From positions 576,001 to 640,000 of the forward strand of contig CAVVOP010000008.1 of NCBI GenBank assembly GCA_963749915.1: 64,000 nucleotides of DNA, in the 5' to 3' direction. The stretch comes from an uncultured cyanobacterium (lineage in GTDB: Bacteria; Cyanobacteriota; Cyanobacteriia; Cyanobacteriales; Cyanobacteriaceae). Under the pieces are notes generated by a model, which worked only from the letters and a program-made list of their open reading frames with translations, was not told where the DNA came from and ran no database searches. Shown here piece by piece: positions 41,586 to 52,545 of the stretch (positions are counted from its first letter, which is position 1; every line of letters starts with the position of its first letter). The translations under genes were made by a program, and so were the position numbers.

Positions 41586-42569
41586 ATGGCAGAAACATTG
41601 ATGTTTAATGCTTTGCGTCAAGCTATTGATGAAGAAATGGCAAGAGATGACAAAGTGTTTGTGTTGGGAGAAGATGTAGGACAGTACGGTGGTTCATATA
41701 AGGTAACTAAAGGTTTATACGAGAAATATGGTGAATTTAGAGTGTTAGATACCCCTATTGCCGAAAATAGCTTTACAGGGATGGCAGTAGGTGCAGCAAT
41801 GTCAGGATTGCGCCCTATTATCGAAGGGATGAACATGGGTTTTCTATTACTTGCCTTTAACCAAATCGCGAATAATGCGGGGATGATGCGTTATACTTCC
41901 GGCGGTAATTTTAAAATTCCGACGGTAATTAGGGGACCTGGGGGAGTTGGCAGACAACTTGGTGCAGAACACTCCCAGCGATTAGAGGCTTATTTTCAGG
42001 CTGTACCGGGGTTAAAAATTGTCGCTTGTTCAACGGCTTATAATGCTAAGGGTTTATTAAAATCCGCCATTAGAGACGATAATCCTGTATTATTTTTTGA
42101 ACACGTTTTATTATATAACCATAAAGAAAACTTGCCTGATTATGAATATACTGTCCCTTTAGATAAAGCAGAAATCGTGCGTAAAGGGAAAGATGTTACA
42201 ATTTTAACTTATTCGCGGATGAGGCATCATTGTCTGCAAGCCTTAAAACAGTTAGAAAAAGACGGTTATGATCCTGAAATTATCGACTTAATTTCTTTGA
42301 AACCCCTAGATATGAATACTATTGGGGAATCAATACGCAAAACCCATAAAGTAATCATCGTGGAAGAATGTATGAAAACAGGAGGTATTGGTGCAGAATT
42401 AACCGCATCCATTAATGATCAATTATTTGATGAATTAGATGGTCCTGTTGTTCGTCTTTCCTCCCAAGACATTCCCACACCTTATAATGGAACATTAGAG
42501 AGGTTAACGATCGTACAACCAGAACAAATCGTGGAGGCCGTGCGTAAAATCATGAGCAATCAAATTTAA
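41586..42569 (+). CDS. pdhB: Pyruvate dehydrogenase E1 beta subunit
   Basis: GEDVG.YGG, DTPIAE and GAEHSQ motifs. Confidence 0.95.
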   Translation: MAETLMFNALRQAIDEEMARDDKVFVLGEDVGQYGGSYKVTKGLYEKYGEFRVLDTPIAENSFTGMAVGAAMSGLRPIIEGMNMGFLLLAFNQIANNAGMMRYTSGGNFKIPTVIRGPGGVGRQLGAEHSQRLEAYFQAVPGLKIVACSTAYNAKGLLKSAIRDDNPVLFFEHVLLYNHKENLPDYEYTVPLDKAEIVRKGKDVTILTYSRMRHHCLQALKQLEKDGYDPEIIDLISLKPLDMNTIGESIRKTHKVIIVEECMKTGGIGAELTASINDQLFDELDGPVVRLSSQDIPTPYNGTLERLTIVQPEQIVEAVRKIMSNQI

Positions 42570-42646
42570 AGTAGAGAATAATTAACACTAACAATTAAAT
42601 TATATATTTTAGATTTTATTGACCATTTATTGAAAATTAGTTATTA

Positions 42647-44059
42647 ATGGAAAGACAAAGAGTATTTATTCTTTTAATTATTGTCTTAGTTATCACGGCC
42701 ATTGTGACTCTAATAAATTTGCCCTTGCAATTGGGTTTAGATTTAAGAGGCGGTTCACAACTGACAATTCAGCTACAGACAACTCCTGAAGTCCCAGAAA
42801 TTACCACAGACAAACTGGAAGGGGTAAGAACCGTTATTGATAATCGAGTCAACGGTTTAGGAGTATCGGAGGCCGTTGTGCAAAGTGTAGGAAACGATCG
42901 CATTTTAGTGCAATTACCCGGCGTTAACGATCCTCAAGAAGCAGAAAGGGTTTTGGGTGGTACAGCTCAATTGGATTTCCGTACCGAAACCGATAACCCT
43001 GAAATTCAAGCTAGATATCAAATTAAACAGCAAGAATTAGGGGAATTAATCTTTCAATTACAGTTATTACAAGGAGAAGAAAAAACGGCACAAGAGGCAA
43101 AAATTAAAGTTCTACAGGAAGAATTAGTCAGTATATCCCAACAGTTATTTGAAAAAAGCGAATTAAATGGCGAAAAACTCAAAGGTGCAAGTTATCAACC
43201 GACTCAACAGGGTAAAGATTGGGAAGTGGTCTTAGAATTTAATGATGAAGGTGGAAAATTATTCGCTGAATTAACCAAAAAAATTGCTGGTACTGGTCGT
43301 ACTTTAGGCATTTTCCTTGACAATAAACTAGTTAGCTCTCCCGGTGTCAGTGCCGAATATGCGACCACAGGTATTATGGGCGGAAGGGCGACTATTTCCG
43401 GTGGTGCTGGTTTTACTCTCGAACAAGCCAGAGAATTATCTTTACAGTTAGAAGGAGGTGCGTTACCTTTACCCGTCAAAATCGTCGAAAATCGTACCGT
43501 TGGAGCCACTTTAGGACAGGATAGCATTCGCCGTAGTATTATTGCTGGAATTTCAGGTTTAGGGCTGGTATTAGTTTTTATGGCTATTTATTACCGTCTT
43601 CCGGGTATGATTGCCGATTTAGCCCTAATTATCTACGCTTTACTAACTTTAGCTTGTTTTTCCTTAGCAGGAGTAACTTTAACTTTACCCGGTATCGCTG
43701 GTTTTCTTCTGAGTATCGGTATGGCAGTTGATGCAAATGTATTAATTTTTGAACGTACTAGAGAAGAATTAAGAGAAGGAAAAACCCTATATCGATCAGT
43801 AGAATCGGGATTTTATCGAGCATTTTCCAGTATTTTGGATGGTAACGTCACCACTTTAATTGCCTGTATCGCTTTATTTTGGTTAGGTTCCGGTTTGGTC
43901 AAAGGTTTCGCCTTAACTTTAGGCATCGGGGTGATAGTGAGTATGTTTACTGCATTAACCTGTAGTCGTACTTTCCTGCTAATTACGGTGTTAGGTTTTC
44001 CTGCTATCCGTCAGCGTCCAGAATTATTTTGCCCGAATATTAAACCAATCAATAATTAA
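42647..44059 (+). CDS. secD: Protein translocase subunit SecD
   Basis: [14 protein letters not shown] and [11 protein letters not shown]. Confidence 0.96.
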   Translation: MERQRVFILLIIVLVITAIVTLINLPLQLGLDLRGGSQLTIQLQTTPEVPEITTDKLEGVRTVIDNRVNGLGVSEAVVQSVGNDRILVQLPGVNDPQEAERVLGGTAQLDFRTETDNPEIQARYQIKQQELGELIFQLQLLQGEEKTAQEAKIKVLQEELVSISQQLFEKSELNGEKLKGASYQPTQQGKDWEVVLEFNDEGGKLFAELTKKIAGTGRTLGIFLDNKLVSSPGVSAEYATTGIMGGRATISGGAGFTLEQARELSLQLEGGALPLPVKIVENRTVGATLGQDSIRRSIIAGISGLGLVLVFMAIYYRLPGMIADLALIIYALLTLACFSLAGVTLTLPGIAGFLLSIGMAVDANVLIFERTREELREGKTLYRSVESGFYRAFSSILDGNVTTLIACIALFWLGSGLVKGFALTLGIGVIVSMFTALTCSRTFLLITVLGFPAIRQRPELFCPNIKPINN

Positions 44060-44157
44060 AGATCTCCCCGCCTTCGGCTTCCTCTTTTATAAGGGGATTA
44101 GGAGGAATCAATCTATTAATTATTAACTATCAATTATCAACTATCAAATATGTACTT

Positions 44158-45105
44158 ATGATCAAATTTAGCGTTGTTAAGTGGGAAAAAATGTGGTGGG
44201 GTGTCTCCGCCAGTCTTTGTATTGGAAGTGTTTTGGCTATGGTTATTTCTTATACTTCCATCGGTAGTGTTTTACGACCTAGTCTCGATTTTGTTGGCGG
44301 CACACGGTTACAATTAGAATTAGATTGCACTGTACCTAATAATTGCGATCGCCCTATTACCGCCAATGATGTAAGGGAAGTTTTAGATGTAGAAAATTTA
44401 GCCAATAATAGCAGTATTCAAATTGTCGGCGAGGACAAACAGGGAATTTCTATCCGCACAAAAACCCTGGATGTGGATGAAAGAAGTAAGTTACAACAGG
44501 TCTTAACGAAAAAAATCGGAGTTTTCGACGACAAAACCATCCAAATCGACACCGTAGGTCCTACTATCGGCAAAGAACTATTTATATCTGGTCTTTTAGC
44601 TTTAATAATCTCTTTTGCGGGAATTATCGCTTATCTGAGTTTCAGATTCAAGACGGACTATGCAATTTTTGCCATTGTCGCCTTATTCCATGATGTTTTA
44701 GTGACCATAGGTGTTTTTGCGGTGTTAGGTTTAGTCGCTGGTGTGGAAGTTGATAGTTTGTTTTTAGTCGCCTTATTGACTATTACGGGTTTTTCTGTCA
44801 ATGATACCGTGGTAATTTATGATCGCATTCGAGAAATAAGTAAAGAAACTGATACAGATAACATGAATGAAATAGTTGATGCGGCTGTATTACAAACTCT
44901 TACTCGTTCCATAAATACCAGTTTAACTACTCTTTTACCAGTGGTAGCAATTTTCTTATTTGGCGGCAACACCCTTAAATTTTTCGCCTTAGCGTTAATC
45001 GTAGGTTTTATTTGCGGTGCATATTCAAGCATCTTTGTTGCTAGTACTTTACTCGGTTGGTGGCGAAAAGTCATCAATAAAAGACAATTAATAATGAACA
45101 ATTAA
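44158..45105 (+). CDS. secF: Protein translocase subunit SecF
   Basis: DFVGGT, VGPTIG and [14 protein letters not shown]. Confidence 0.96.
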   Translation: MIKFSVVKWEKMWWGVSASLCIGSVLAMVISYTSIGSVLRPSLDFVGGTRLQLELDCTVPNNCDRPITANDVREVLDVENLANNSSIQIVGEDKQGISIRTKTLDVDERSKLQQVLTKKIGVFDDKTIQIDTVGPTIGKELFISGLLALIISFAGIIAYLSFRFKTDYAIFAIVALFHDVLVTIGVFAVLGLVAGVEVDSLFLVALLTITGFSVNDTVVIYDRIREISKETDTDNMNEIVDAAVLQTLTRSINTSLTTLLPVVAIFLFGGNTLKFFALALIVGFICGAYSSIFVASTLLGWWRKVINKRQLIMNN

Positions 45106-45135
45106 CGAATTTTGTTGGCTAATTAATTAGTAAAA

Positions 45136-46458
45136 ATGAACTATTTATTGAATGGAGTAAAATTTCTAATTACGAAAATAAAAAAAAATCTTGATCTCAA
45201 TATAAGCAAAAATCAGTTAGATAAAGAAAAACAAATTAACAACACTTTTCCTGAAAACGATGACAAGAGTAATCAAAATGGGCTAAATTCAAATGTGGAC
45301 GCTGCCAAGTATTCTGATTTAGGTCACTTATTTTTGCGGAAAAATGATTATGCACAGGCAACTGATAATTTTCGTCTGGCCATAGAAATTAATGGTACTA
45401 AAGCTTCTTTCTATAGAGATCTTGGGTCTGCTTTAATTCACAAAAATACTTATCTTTACAATTTTCAACTTAAAGAAAAATTAATTGCCCAAGGAAATAT
45501 TGATGAGGCAATAACTTGTTTTCAACGTGCCATTGAACTAGGATTTCACGATTATTACTATTGGACTCATATTTTCTTAGGAGATGCTTTAACTATCAGA
45601 AATAGAATCAAAGAAGCACAACCAGTTTATCAACAAGCCACTCGATTAAGAATTGAAGAATCTAAACCAAATTTTGAACAACAATATTGGGATTCTAGTC
45701 AAATTTCCGGCCCTCAATTTCTCATTGTCGGAGTTGCCAAATGTGGCACTTCATCTCTTTATGAATATATGATTCGACATCCACAAATTTTGAGTGCCGC
45801 CAAAAAAGAGATTGATTTTGTTAATCATGTTAATAATGGCATTGATTGGTATTTGAGCCATTTTCCACCGACACCAAATAATTTTGTTACCGGGGAAGCA
45901 AGCACAAGCTATTTCGCTCAACATAAAAAGGCGATCCCACTTTTTAGGGATTTATTTCCTCAGTGTAAGTTAATTGTTATGTTCAGAAATCCAGTTGATC
46001 GAGTGATATCTCATTACCATAACGATGTTAGATACAGCGGAGAGAAACGTTCTTTAGCTGAAGTTATCAGTGAAGAATTAGAAATACTTCAAGGATTACC
46101 AAATTTTTGGGAACTTGAGAAAACTGATTATTCGCAAAAACAAAAAGGTTATTTAGTAATTAGTATGTATGTTTATTTTCTGGAACGATGGATGTCAGTG
46201 TTTCCCAAAGAACAGTTATTGGTTTTAAACAGTGAGGAATTTTTTACCAATCCCCCGACTAACCTGACAACAGTATTTAAGTTTTTAGGATTAGCCGATT
46301 ATCAACTTTCCCAATACCTAGAACATAACCAAGGAAGTTATCAAAAAAAAGACTATAGTACAGAAGAGCAAGAACTAAGAACTAAATTATCTAAATTTTT
46401 TCAGCCTCATAATCGAAAATTAGAAGACTATTTAGGTATAAAATTTAACTGGAATTAA
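45136..46458 (+). CDS. TPR + PAPS-dependent sulfotransferase
   Basis: N-terminal TPRs; 5'-PSB loop GVAKCGTSSL and 3'-PB RNPVDRVIS, resembling heparan sulfate-type sulfotransferase domains. Confidence 0.88.
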   Translation: MNYLLNGVKFLITKIKKNLDLNISKNQLDKEKQINNTFPENDDKSNQNGLNSNVDAAKYSDLGHLFLRKNDYAQATDNFRLAIEINGTKASFYRDLGSALIHKNTYLYNFQLKEKLIAQGNIDEAITCFQRAIELGFHDYYYWTHIFLGDALTIRNRIKEAQPVYQQATRLRIEESKPNFEQQYWDSSQISGPQFLIVGVAKCGTSSLYEYMIRHPQILSAAKKEIDFVNHVNNGIDWYLSHFPPTPNNFVTGEASTSYFAQHKKAIPLFRDLFPQCKLIVMFRNPVDRVISHYHNDVRYSGEKRSLAEVISEELEILQGLPNFWELEKTDYSQKQKGYLVISMYVYFLERWMSVFPKEQLLVLNSEEFFTNPPTNLTTVFKFLGLADYQLSQYLEHNQGSYQKKDYSTEEQELRTKLSKFFQPHNRKLEDYLGIKFNWN

Positions 46459-46488
46459 TTGGAATCGAGACGAAAAAAAGTAATTGTA

Positions 46489-47541
46489 ATGTCAGCCATA
46501 TACCAAAAATCAGACTGGGAAGTAGTAGATTATCAACTATCTTTATTAGATCCAGAAATAGTTGATAGTTATAGCGGTAAAGAATTAATTGTTAGAGGTC
46601 CTAAACCTAAGTCTTTAAAAAAAAATAGTTATTTTACCTGTGTTGGTGCGGCTCAAACCTTTGGTCGTTTTTGTCAGCAACCATATCCCAATTTATTATC
46701 GGAACAATTAGGATTACCAGTTCTTAATTTAGGATTTGGGGGGGTTAGTGCTGATTTTTTCTGGCAAGATAACCCTAAATTGCTGGATTATCTTAATAAT
46801 GCTAAATTTGTGATCATCCAAGTTATGTCAGGACGTTCTCAGGATAATTCCATCTTTAAAAACTGTCGAGGATATTATGTAACTAAAGTTGCCGACGAAA
46901 CTAAAATAAATTGGGTCGATGCTTACCAAGAATTAATTGACCATCAAGACGGGCAATTTGTCGAGAAAATTATTGCCGAAACTAGGCAAAATTGGGTCAA
47001 TTCATATCTTCAATTTTTGCAAAAAATCCAAGTACCAAAAATCCTCTTTTGGTTTTCCAGAAGAGAAGCGAGATATGAAGATGATTACCATAACGTTCAT
47101 CAATTATTCAATCAATTTCCTCAACTGGTTAACTCAGAGATGATCTCTCAATTAGAGGATTATATTGATGATTATGTTGAATGTGTATCCACAAGAGGAA
47201 TCCCCCAACAAATAACCAGCAGATTTACTGGTAAACCAGCTATGGCCAAAGATGATTGGGATGGTCAGGAATGGAGTACGAATAGTTACTATCCTTCCCC
47301 AGAGGTGCATATGGATGCTTATAATGCTTTAGAAAGTTCTTGTCAAAAATACACGGAGGCAATTAAAACAGTTACAGCTTACCAGACTATAAACCATCAG
47401 GAACAGATACAACAATTAGAAAACGAGTTACAGATTGCCAAAGAGAGGATTGCCGCAATGGAATCCAGTAAATTCTGGAAAATACGTCAAATTTGGTTTA
47501 AATTCACAAAAATTTTCGGCTTACCCATGGATGAGATCTAA
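46489..47541 (+). CDS. DUF6473-like (SGNH-fold-like) protein with coiled-coil tail
   Basis: CVGAAQTFGRF...LNLGFGG, MSGRS and YYPSPEVH. C-terminal AMESSKFWK motif. Confidence 0.68.
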   Translation: MSAIYQKSDWEVVDYQLSLLDPEIVDSYSGKELIVRGPKPKSLKKNSYFTCVGAAQTFGRFCQQPYPNLLSEQLGLPVLNLGFGGVSADFFWQDNPKLLDYLNNAKFVIIQVMSGRSQDNSIFKNCRGYYVTKVADETKINWVDAYQELIDHQDGQFVEKIIAETRQNWVNSYLQFLQKIQVPKILFWFSRREARYEDDYHNVHQLFNQFPQLVNSEMISQLEDYIDDYVECVSTRGIPQQITSRFTGKPAMAKDDWDGQEWSTNSYYPSPEVHMDAYNALESSCQKYTEAIKTVTAYQTINHQEQIQQLENELQIAKERIAAMESSKFWKIRQIWFKFTKIFGLPMDEI

Positions 47542-47618
47542 AGAACGTTATCCAGTCATGGCCATTTACCTTTGTTCTTCATTGACTCTGCTTACATCCC
47601 AGAAATAAATATTACCAG

Positions 47619-49367
47619 CTAACTTGTTTTACTGCCTAAATAAGCTAAATAAAAGGAGATTAAAGCATTAAGTAATAAGAAAATTTGAGAGATTAAACCA
47701 TAACCAAAACCCCATACTAAAGGATTCGTAAAGGCAGTAATAGTTAAGGAAGAAGCAACTCCTAAGCTGCAACCAATGGCTACCCATTTTAGTTGTGGGT
47801 GACTTAAAAATAAGACAATTAAAAGAAGGGGAATTAGGGCACTAGCAAAGAAAGGATTTAAACTATTTGTACCCATTACCACATTTCCCAATTCTGGCAC
47901 AGAACTACCCATTAAACGAAAAGGCCATTGAGGTAAATCGAAGATATATAATCCCTGTAGGAAAAATAAACCACAGCTACCCGTTACTAAACCTGTGGCT
48001 AAACTAAGATTAAAGGTGAGATAGTTGCGCAAAAACCACGCTAATAAATATGAGCCTAAAACCATGGCTAATTTTGGTAGGAGGGTAATTGTGCCACCGT
48101 CAATCCAAAATCCGGGGTTTAAGTAACCACTGTTTTTCAACCAACGTAAAAAATCTCGTGGGGTAATTTGCCCTTTCAGTGCTAGTTTAACGGATTGTGC
48201 CGCATCCAATTGTCCTGCACCATAATGATTTAAAGGGTCTTTTTCTATTTGACGTGCAGATTTGACTAAAATTTCTCGCACTTCATCGGGATTTTTGACA
48301 CCGGCAGATTTAATTAAAGCCGCTACTCCTGCCACATGGGGTGCGGCCATACTTGTGCCTTGAAAACCGACAAAAGCAGGTTGTTTATTTTCTCCTGTGA
48401 TAGTTTCTTGAATAATTTTTCCCGTTTCGCTACCTCCGGGGGCAGAAATATCTACCCCGGCACCAAAATTAGAGTAAGGTGCTTTATTGCCGATGGAATC
48501 TGTTGCCGAAACGCTGATTACTTGAGGATAACGGGCGGGAAATGACGCTGAATTACGATTTTCGTTTCCGGCCGCTGCAATAATCACTACTCCTTTATCC
48601 TGGGCGTATTTGATAGCGTCCCGCATTAATTGACTATCTCCTCCTCCCCCTAAACTCATGTTGATGACATCGGTATTGTTATCAGCAGCAAATCTGATGG
48701 CTTCTGCTATATCCGCTACAGTACCTCCATTGACCCCTAACACTTTTAAGGGCATAATCTTAGCTTGGTAAGCTATCCCTGCTACCCCGTAGTTATTGTT
48801 GGTGGATTGGGCAATGGTACCCGCAACGTGTGTTCCGTGTCCTATCTCATCTTGAGCATCGACTTTATCATTGACAAAATCATATCCTTCTACGAACTGA
48901 GTTTGATCTAAATCTGGTACTTTTGTCACCCCCGTGTCAATAACAGCGACGGTTACGCCTTCTCCCTTGGTTTCATCCCATGCTTGTTCAATATTGATAC
49001 TACGCAAATTCCACTGTTGTGTATATTGAGGATCATTTGGTGCTTCTAAGGTTTGATAAACATAATTGGGCTCTATATATTCTACTTCTTTTTTCAGGGG
49101 CGATCGACGTAATTTCTTGAGGGTTTTTTGATCACCTTCTATGACATAAACCCTTTCCGATTCGGAAAAGATACTATTTAAAACGGGTATTTCTTGGATT
49201 TTTGAAGCGATAAATTGCAAATTTTCTTCTAAGGCAGTGGTCGGTATATCTTGACGGAAATTAATGATAATAGATTCATATTCCCCTTGAGTGGCCAATC
49301 CTTTAAAGTTAAACAGGGCAAACCCTAAACCGATTAAAAATACACAGAGGAGTAATAGTTTTTTCAT
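47619..49367 (-). CDS. Subtilisin-like S8 serine peptidase with C-terminal membrane domain
   Basis: VIDTG, HGTHVAG and GTSMAAP triad; hydrophobic C-terminus. Confidence 0.92.
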   Translation of the reverse strand: MKKLLLLCVFLIGLGFALFNFKGLATQGEYESIIINFRQDIPTTALEENLQFIASKIQEIPVLNSIFSESERVYVIEGDQKTLKKLRRSPLKKEVEYIEPNYVYQTLEAPNDPQYTQQWNLRSINIEQAWDETKGEGVTVAVIDTGVTKVPDLDQTQFVEGYDFVNDKVDAQDEIGHGTHVAGTIAQSTNNNYGVAGIAYQAKIMPLKVLGVNGGTVADIAEAIRFAADNNTDVINMSLGGGGDSQLMRDAIKYAQDKGVVIIAAAGNENRNSASFPARYPQVISVSATDSIGNKAPYSNFGAGVDISAPGGSETGKIIQETITGENKQPAFVGFQGTSMAAPHVAGVAALIKSAGVKNPDEVREILVKSARQIEKDPLNHYGAGQLDAAQSVKLALKGQITPRDFLRWLKNSGYLNPGFWIDGGTITLLPKLAMVLGSYLLAWFLRNYLTFNLSLATGLVTGSCGLFFLQGLYIFDLPQWPFRLMGSSVPELGNVVMGTNSLNPFFASALIPLLLIVLFLSHPQLKWVAIGCSLGVASSLTITAFTNPLVWGFGYGLISQIFLLLNALISFYLAYLGSKTS

Positions 49368-49497
49368 GGTGATTACGGAGTAGCGATAACCTCACCATTA
49401 TAACAATGGACAATTAACAATGAACTATTGACCTTTACTATAATTAACGAACATTCACTGCTACTCTTGTCTGCGACTATTTTTGTTGAGAATGAAC

Positions 49498-49698
49498 TTA
49501 ACTTAAAGTGCTATTACTGCGATCGTAACTACGAGCAAAACTAGATAAAGGAGAAGATTTTAAATTATCATAGTATTCAGTATTATTAACATCCATACCG
49601 ATTTCCTCGGCGACTCTCCCTAACATGGACTGTTGACGATTTCTGATCATTCTATCATGACGGATCATTAAGGCACGGGCTTTCTGAGTGGTATTCAT
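49498..49698 (-). CDS. gifA: Glutamine synthetase inactivating factor IF7
   Basis: ARALM.RH...IRNRQQSML.R.AEEIG signature in a 66-aa protein. Confidence 0.85.
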   Translation of the reverse strand: MNTTQKARALMIRHDRMIRNRQQSMLGRVAEEIGMDVNNTEYYDNLKSSPLSSFARSYDRSNSTLS

Positions 49699-49752
49699 AA
49701 TTTCATCCTCTTTTTTCTTTATGGTTGTCTGTTACTAATATAATAAAATTCT

Positions 49753-49766
49753 GTATAAATTGCTAC
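49753..49766. promoter_or_regulatory. NtcA box (GTA-N8-TAC) in repressing position just upstream of the putative gifA -10 element
   Basis: GTA TAAATTGC TAC. On the minus strand a TATATT -10-like hexamer lies about 10 nt downstream, as in NtcA-repressed gif promoters. Confidence 0.75.
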
Positions 49767-49883
49767 CAAATACTAAAAAGGTTAATAAACCTTAATAAAC
49801 AGCAAAGAGATTGTTAATGATTAGGTTTTAGTTGATAATGGGATAATCATAATAGATAAATAAATAATAGAAATAGAGAAGTT

Positions 49884-50603
49884 GTGTTACAACGCATAAA
49901 GCAAGATTTAAAAAATGATTTAATTGCCGGATTGTTAGTGGTTATTCCCTTGGCGACAACAATTTGGTTGAGTTACGTCATTGCTAATTGGGCGATTAAA
50001 TTTCTCACAGAAATACCAAAACAAATTAATCCCTTTGATAGCCTTAACCCCACTGTTACCAATTTACTCAACTTTTCCGTAGGATTAACCGTACCCTTTG
50101 CCTTAATATTGCTAATTGGTTTAATGGCGAGGAATATTGTCGGTAGATGGTTACTGGATGTAGGGGAAAAAATTTTACAGGGTATTCCCCTCGCCGGTTT
50201 AATTTATAAAACTCTCAAGCAAATTCTAGAGACATTATTCCGAGATTCCAACACAAAATTCAGAAGAGTTGTCATGGTGGAATATCCTCGACAGGGTGTC
50301 TGGAGTATAGGATTTGTTACAGGAAAAGTTAGCCAGATGATTCAGACAAATTTCGATAGATCCATGTTGAGCGTTTTTATCCCTACCACCCCTAATCCTA
50401 CCTCTGGTTGGTATGCTATCGTACCCGAAGAAGAAGTCATTACTCTTTCTATCTCCATTGAAGATGCCTTTAAAGTTTTAATTTCTGGGGGAATTGTTAG
50501 CCCAAACACCCAAGAAATTGTCCATATTAGCAATAAAAAACAAGTACCAGTGAACCCTTTGACTAATGAACATTCGCCGAAAACGACCTCCGAAATGAGC
50601 TAG
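49884..50603 (+). CDS. DUF502 family membrane protein
   Basis: AGLLVVIPLA, VEYPR.G and FIPTTPNPTSG. Confidence 0.88.
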   Translation: MLQRIKQDLKNDLIAGLLVVIPLATTIWLSYVIANWAIKFLTEIPKQINPFDSLNPTVTNLLNFSVGLTVPFALILLIGLMARNIVGRWLLDVGEKILQGIPLAGLIYKTLKQILETLFRDSNTKFRRVVMVEYPRQGVWSIGFVTGKVSQMIQTNFDRSMLSVFIPTTPNPTSGWYAIVPEEEVITLSISIEDAFKVLISGGIVSPNTQEIVHISNKKQVPVNPLTNEHSPKTTSEMS

Positions 50604-50709
50604 TGGTCTGTCAAGATAGTTTTGAGGGACTGGGAACGGATAATTTTGGATTTTGGATTTTGGATTTTGGAGGATTGTTTTATCCCTCATTTCAAAATTG
50701 GCAGACCAC
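50603..50709. mobile_element. MITE copy 2 (107 bp), same family as 9465-9557
   Basis: TIRs GTGGTCTGTCAA / TTGGCAGACCAC. Carries two extra TTTTGGA units relative to copy 1. Confidence 0.8.
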
Positions 50710-50712
50710 ATA

Positions 50713-51784
50713 GTACACCGAACTGGAAATAAATCCGATTACTTAAATTAGTAATGGTTTACCAATATAAGTCCATCGAAAGGGCTTAGCTAGAGTTTCA
50801 TTAAAGAACTCAATAAATTTAAGAATTCGGTTTTTAAGTTCTTCCGTAGAACTGAAGTTGCCCTTTTTAAGCAGACGACGGCTTAAAATTCCGAACCAGC
50901 TTTCGATTTGATTGAGCCATGAACAATGCTTGGGAGTATACACAAACCGGATACGATGACTTTTATTCTCTAAAAAAGTGGCACGACTCTTCATATTGTA
51001 GAGAATACCAGAAGACCCTTTTTTTCCTAACTCCTCTTTCAGACCACATAACTCTGCTACAAGCCGAACTAATCCTTCTGATTTGTGAGCATTCAATTGG
51101 TCACAAATAAAGATCCATTCTTCAGACGGATAAGTGGTTACCGTCCCACGGATATGTGCTACAAAATCTTCTTCAGTTCGGGTATCTCCTACGGTCGGAC
51201 AGATAACTTTCCCTGTGGCTACCTCAAAATTAGCAATTAACCCTTGAGTTCCATGACGTTCATATTCAAATTCTATTGCCTCGGGTTTGTTAGGTTCCAT
51301 GGGAAGAGTCGGATTAATTCTTTCTAATGCCTGAATACCTGTTTTTTCATCTGTACTCACCAGATGGACTCCTTGGGAGTGTAGTTCTTGGGCTTGATGA
51401 TACAACTTACACACTGTTCTGACTTCTTGTCTAAATTCTTGTTCATCCTCTACTTTATGGTTTAACCAATATTTACTTCGATGTGGTTGAAGATCTGCCT
51501 GATTTTAAAAAACGACCCACCGTTGTGGCGGAAATCTTCTCAACTATCCCTCTATTGATTATTTCTCTAACTAATTCTTTTCTAGTCCAATGACTCAGAT
51601 ATTCTGGTGGCGTTTCACAAGCTAATGCTATCACTTGGCAAACCTGTCTCGACTTCTCCCTATCCCTTGCAATAGTTCTGTTTGTTCCGAGGTTAGATTA
51701 ACCGCTTTCTTTGGTCGAGCCATTTTCCTCCTTGATATCGTTTGATTTTAAATCATTATCCGATATATTTGCAGTTTGCGGTAC
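50713..51784 (-). mobile_element. IS630-family element with both IRs and TA flanks; orfA internally deleted
   Basis: IRs GTACACCGAACTGGAAATAAATCCGAT vs GTACCGCAAACTGCAAATATATCGGAT, flanked by TA. orfA starts at 51723 (MARPKKAVNLT...), TTTTTTAAAA frameshift site near 51505, DDE orfB (STDEKTG, CDQLNAH, WLNQIE). Confidence 0.9.
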
Positions 51785-51999
51785 TAGTTTCGTCCACAGG
51801 AAAATAATTGCCAAAAAATTTTACAAATTATGTACTTACTGTTACAATCATTGTAAAGAAATCTTACGGAGAAACATTGGCACTCCCTGCAAAGATTTTC
51901 TCAAGATTAAACGACAACAAATATTTTACCGACACAAACAATGTCGGTTTTTTTTTTGGAAAACAAATAAGAGGGTCAATACCTGATTGACTAACAAAA

Positions 52000-52069
52000 G
52001 GAGAAAAATGCCAAAACGAACGGTGCTTCCCACACTCCCCACACTTCTCCTTTGATCAAGTTTTTCAGC
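52000..52069 (-). repeat. 70-bp dispersed repeat, inverted copy of 34295-34364
   Basis: Exact reverse-complement match. Confidence 0.93.
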
Positions 52070-52545
52070 GTGGACTCCACGATGATGAACGTCGCAGTAC
52101 CGACGATCGTCAAAGACCTGAAAACAGATGTTAGCGCTGTACAAAGTGTGATTGCACTTTACTCCCTGAAGGGGTGAATGACACTCTCTGACGTTAAATG
52201 TAAATTTGACGAGGTGGAAGTTGACTGTTTAAATTAACTCAAATGTAATTTCTTATGGAGAATATAGCTGGCTCGATTATTGGCATTCGCACCGCCTTCA
52301 GTATCGGGCTGTTATTTTATGGGATTGGTACGCTGCTCGCTGCCATTAGTTGGAATATTTTCTCGCTCGCGTCTGGCTGGGCGCTCTTTGAAGGGATTGG
52401 TGCCGCATTCTTAGTTCCAGCCGCCTTCACTGTGGTCACCGCAAACTATGCGGGCAAACAGCGTATCCAGGCATTTGGAATTTTGGCCGGTGTGCAAGCG
52501 ACTGCAGCGGCGATCGGTTCGATACTCGGAGGGATACTAACCTGA
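52070..52545 (+). pseudogene. DHA2-type MFS transporter fragments, interrupted at about 52170-52270
   Basis: VDSTMMNVAVPTIVKDLKTDVSAVQSVIALYSL, then GSIIGIRTAF...EGIGAA...AIGSILGGILT. Confidence 0.75.

Noticed and set aside
50478..50711. 77-aa minus-strand ORF
   Set aside because: It is a read-through of the MITE heptamers (NPKSKIQN) into the antisense strand of DUF502.
52000..52055. GGAG-ATG MPKRTVLP... as a real leader peptide or the MFS start
   Set aside because: It lies wholly inside the 70-bp dispersed repeat, which also occurs at 34295 in an unrelated context, and it stops after 15 codons.
51711..52144. ORF-track ORFs 51711-51986, 51808-51990 and 51926-52144
   Set aside because: They cross IS and repeat boundaries and show no recognisable protein features.
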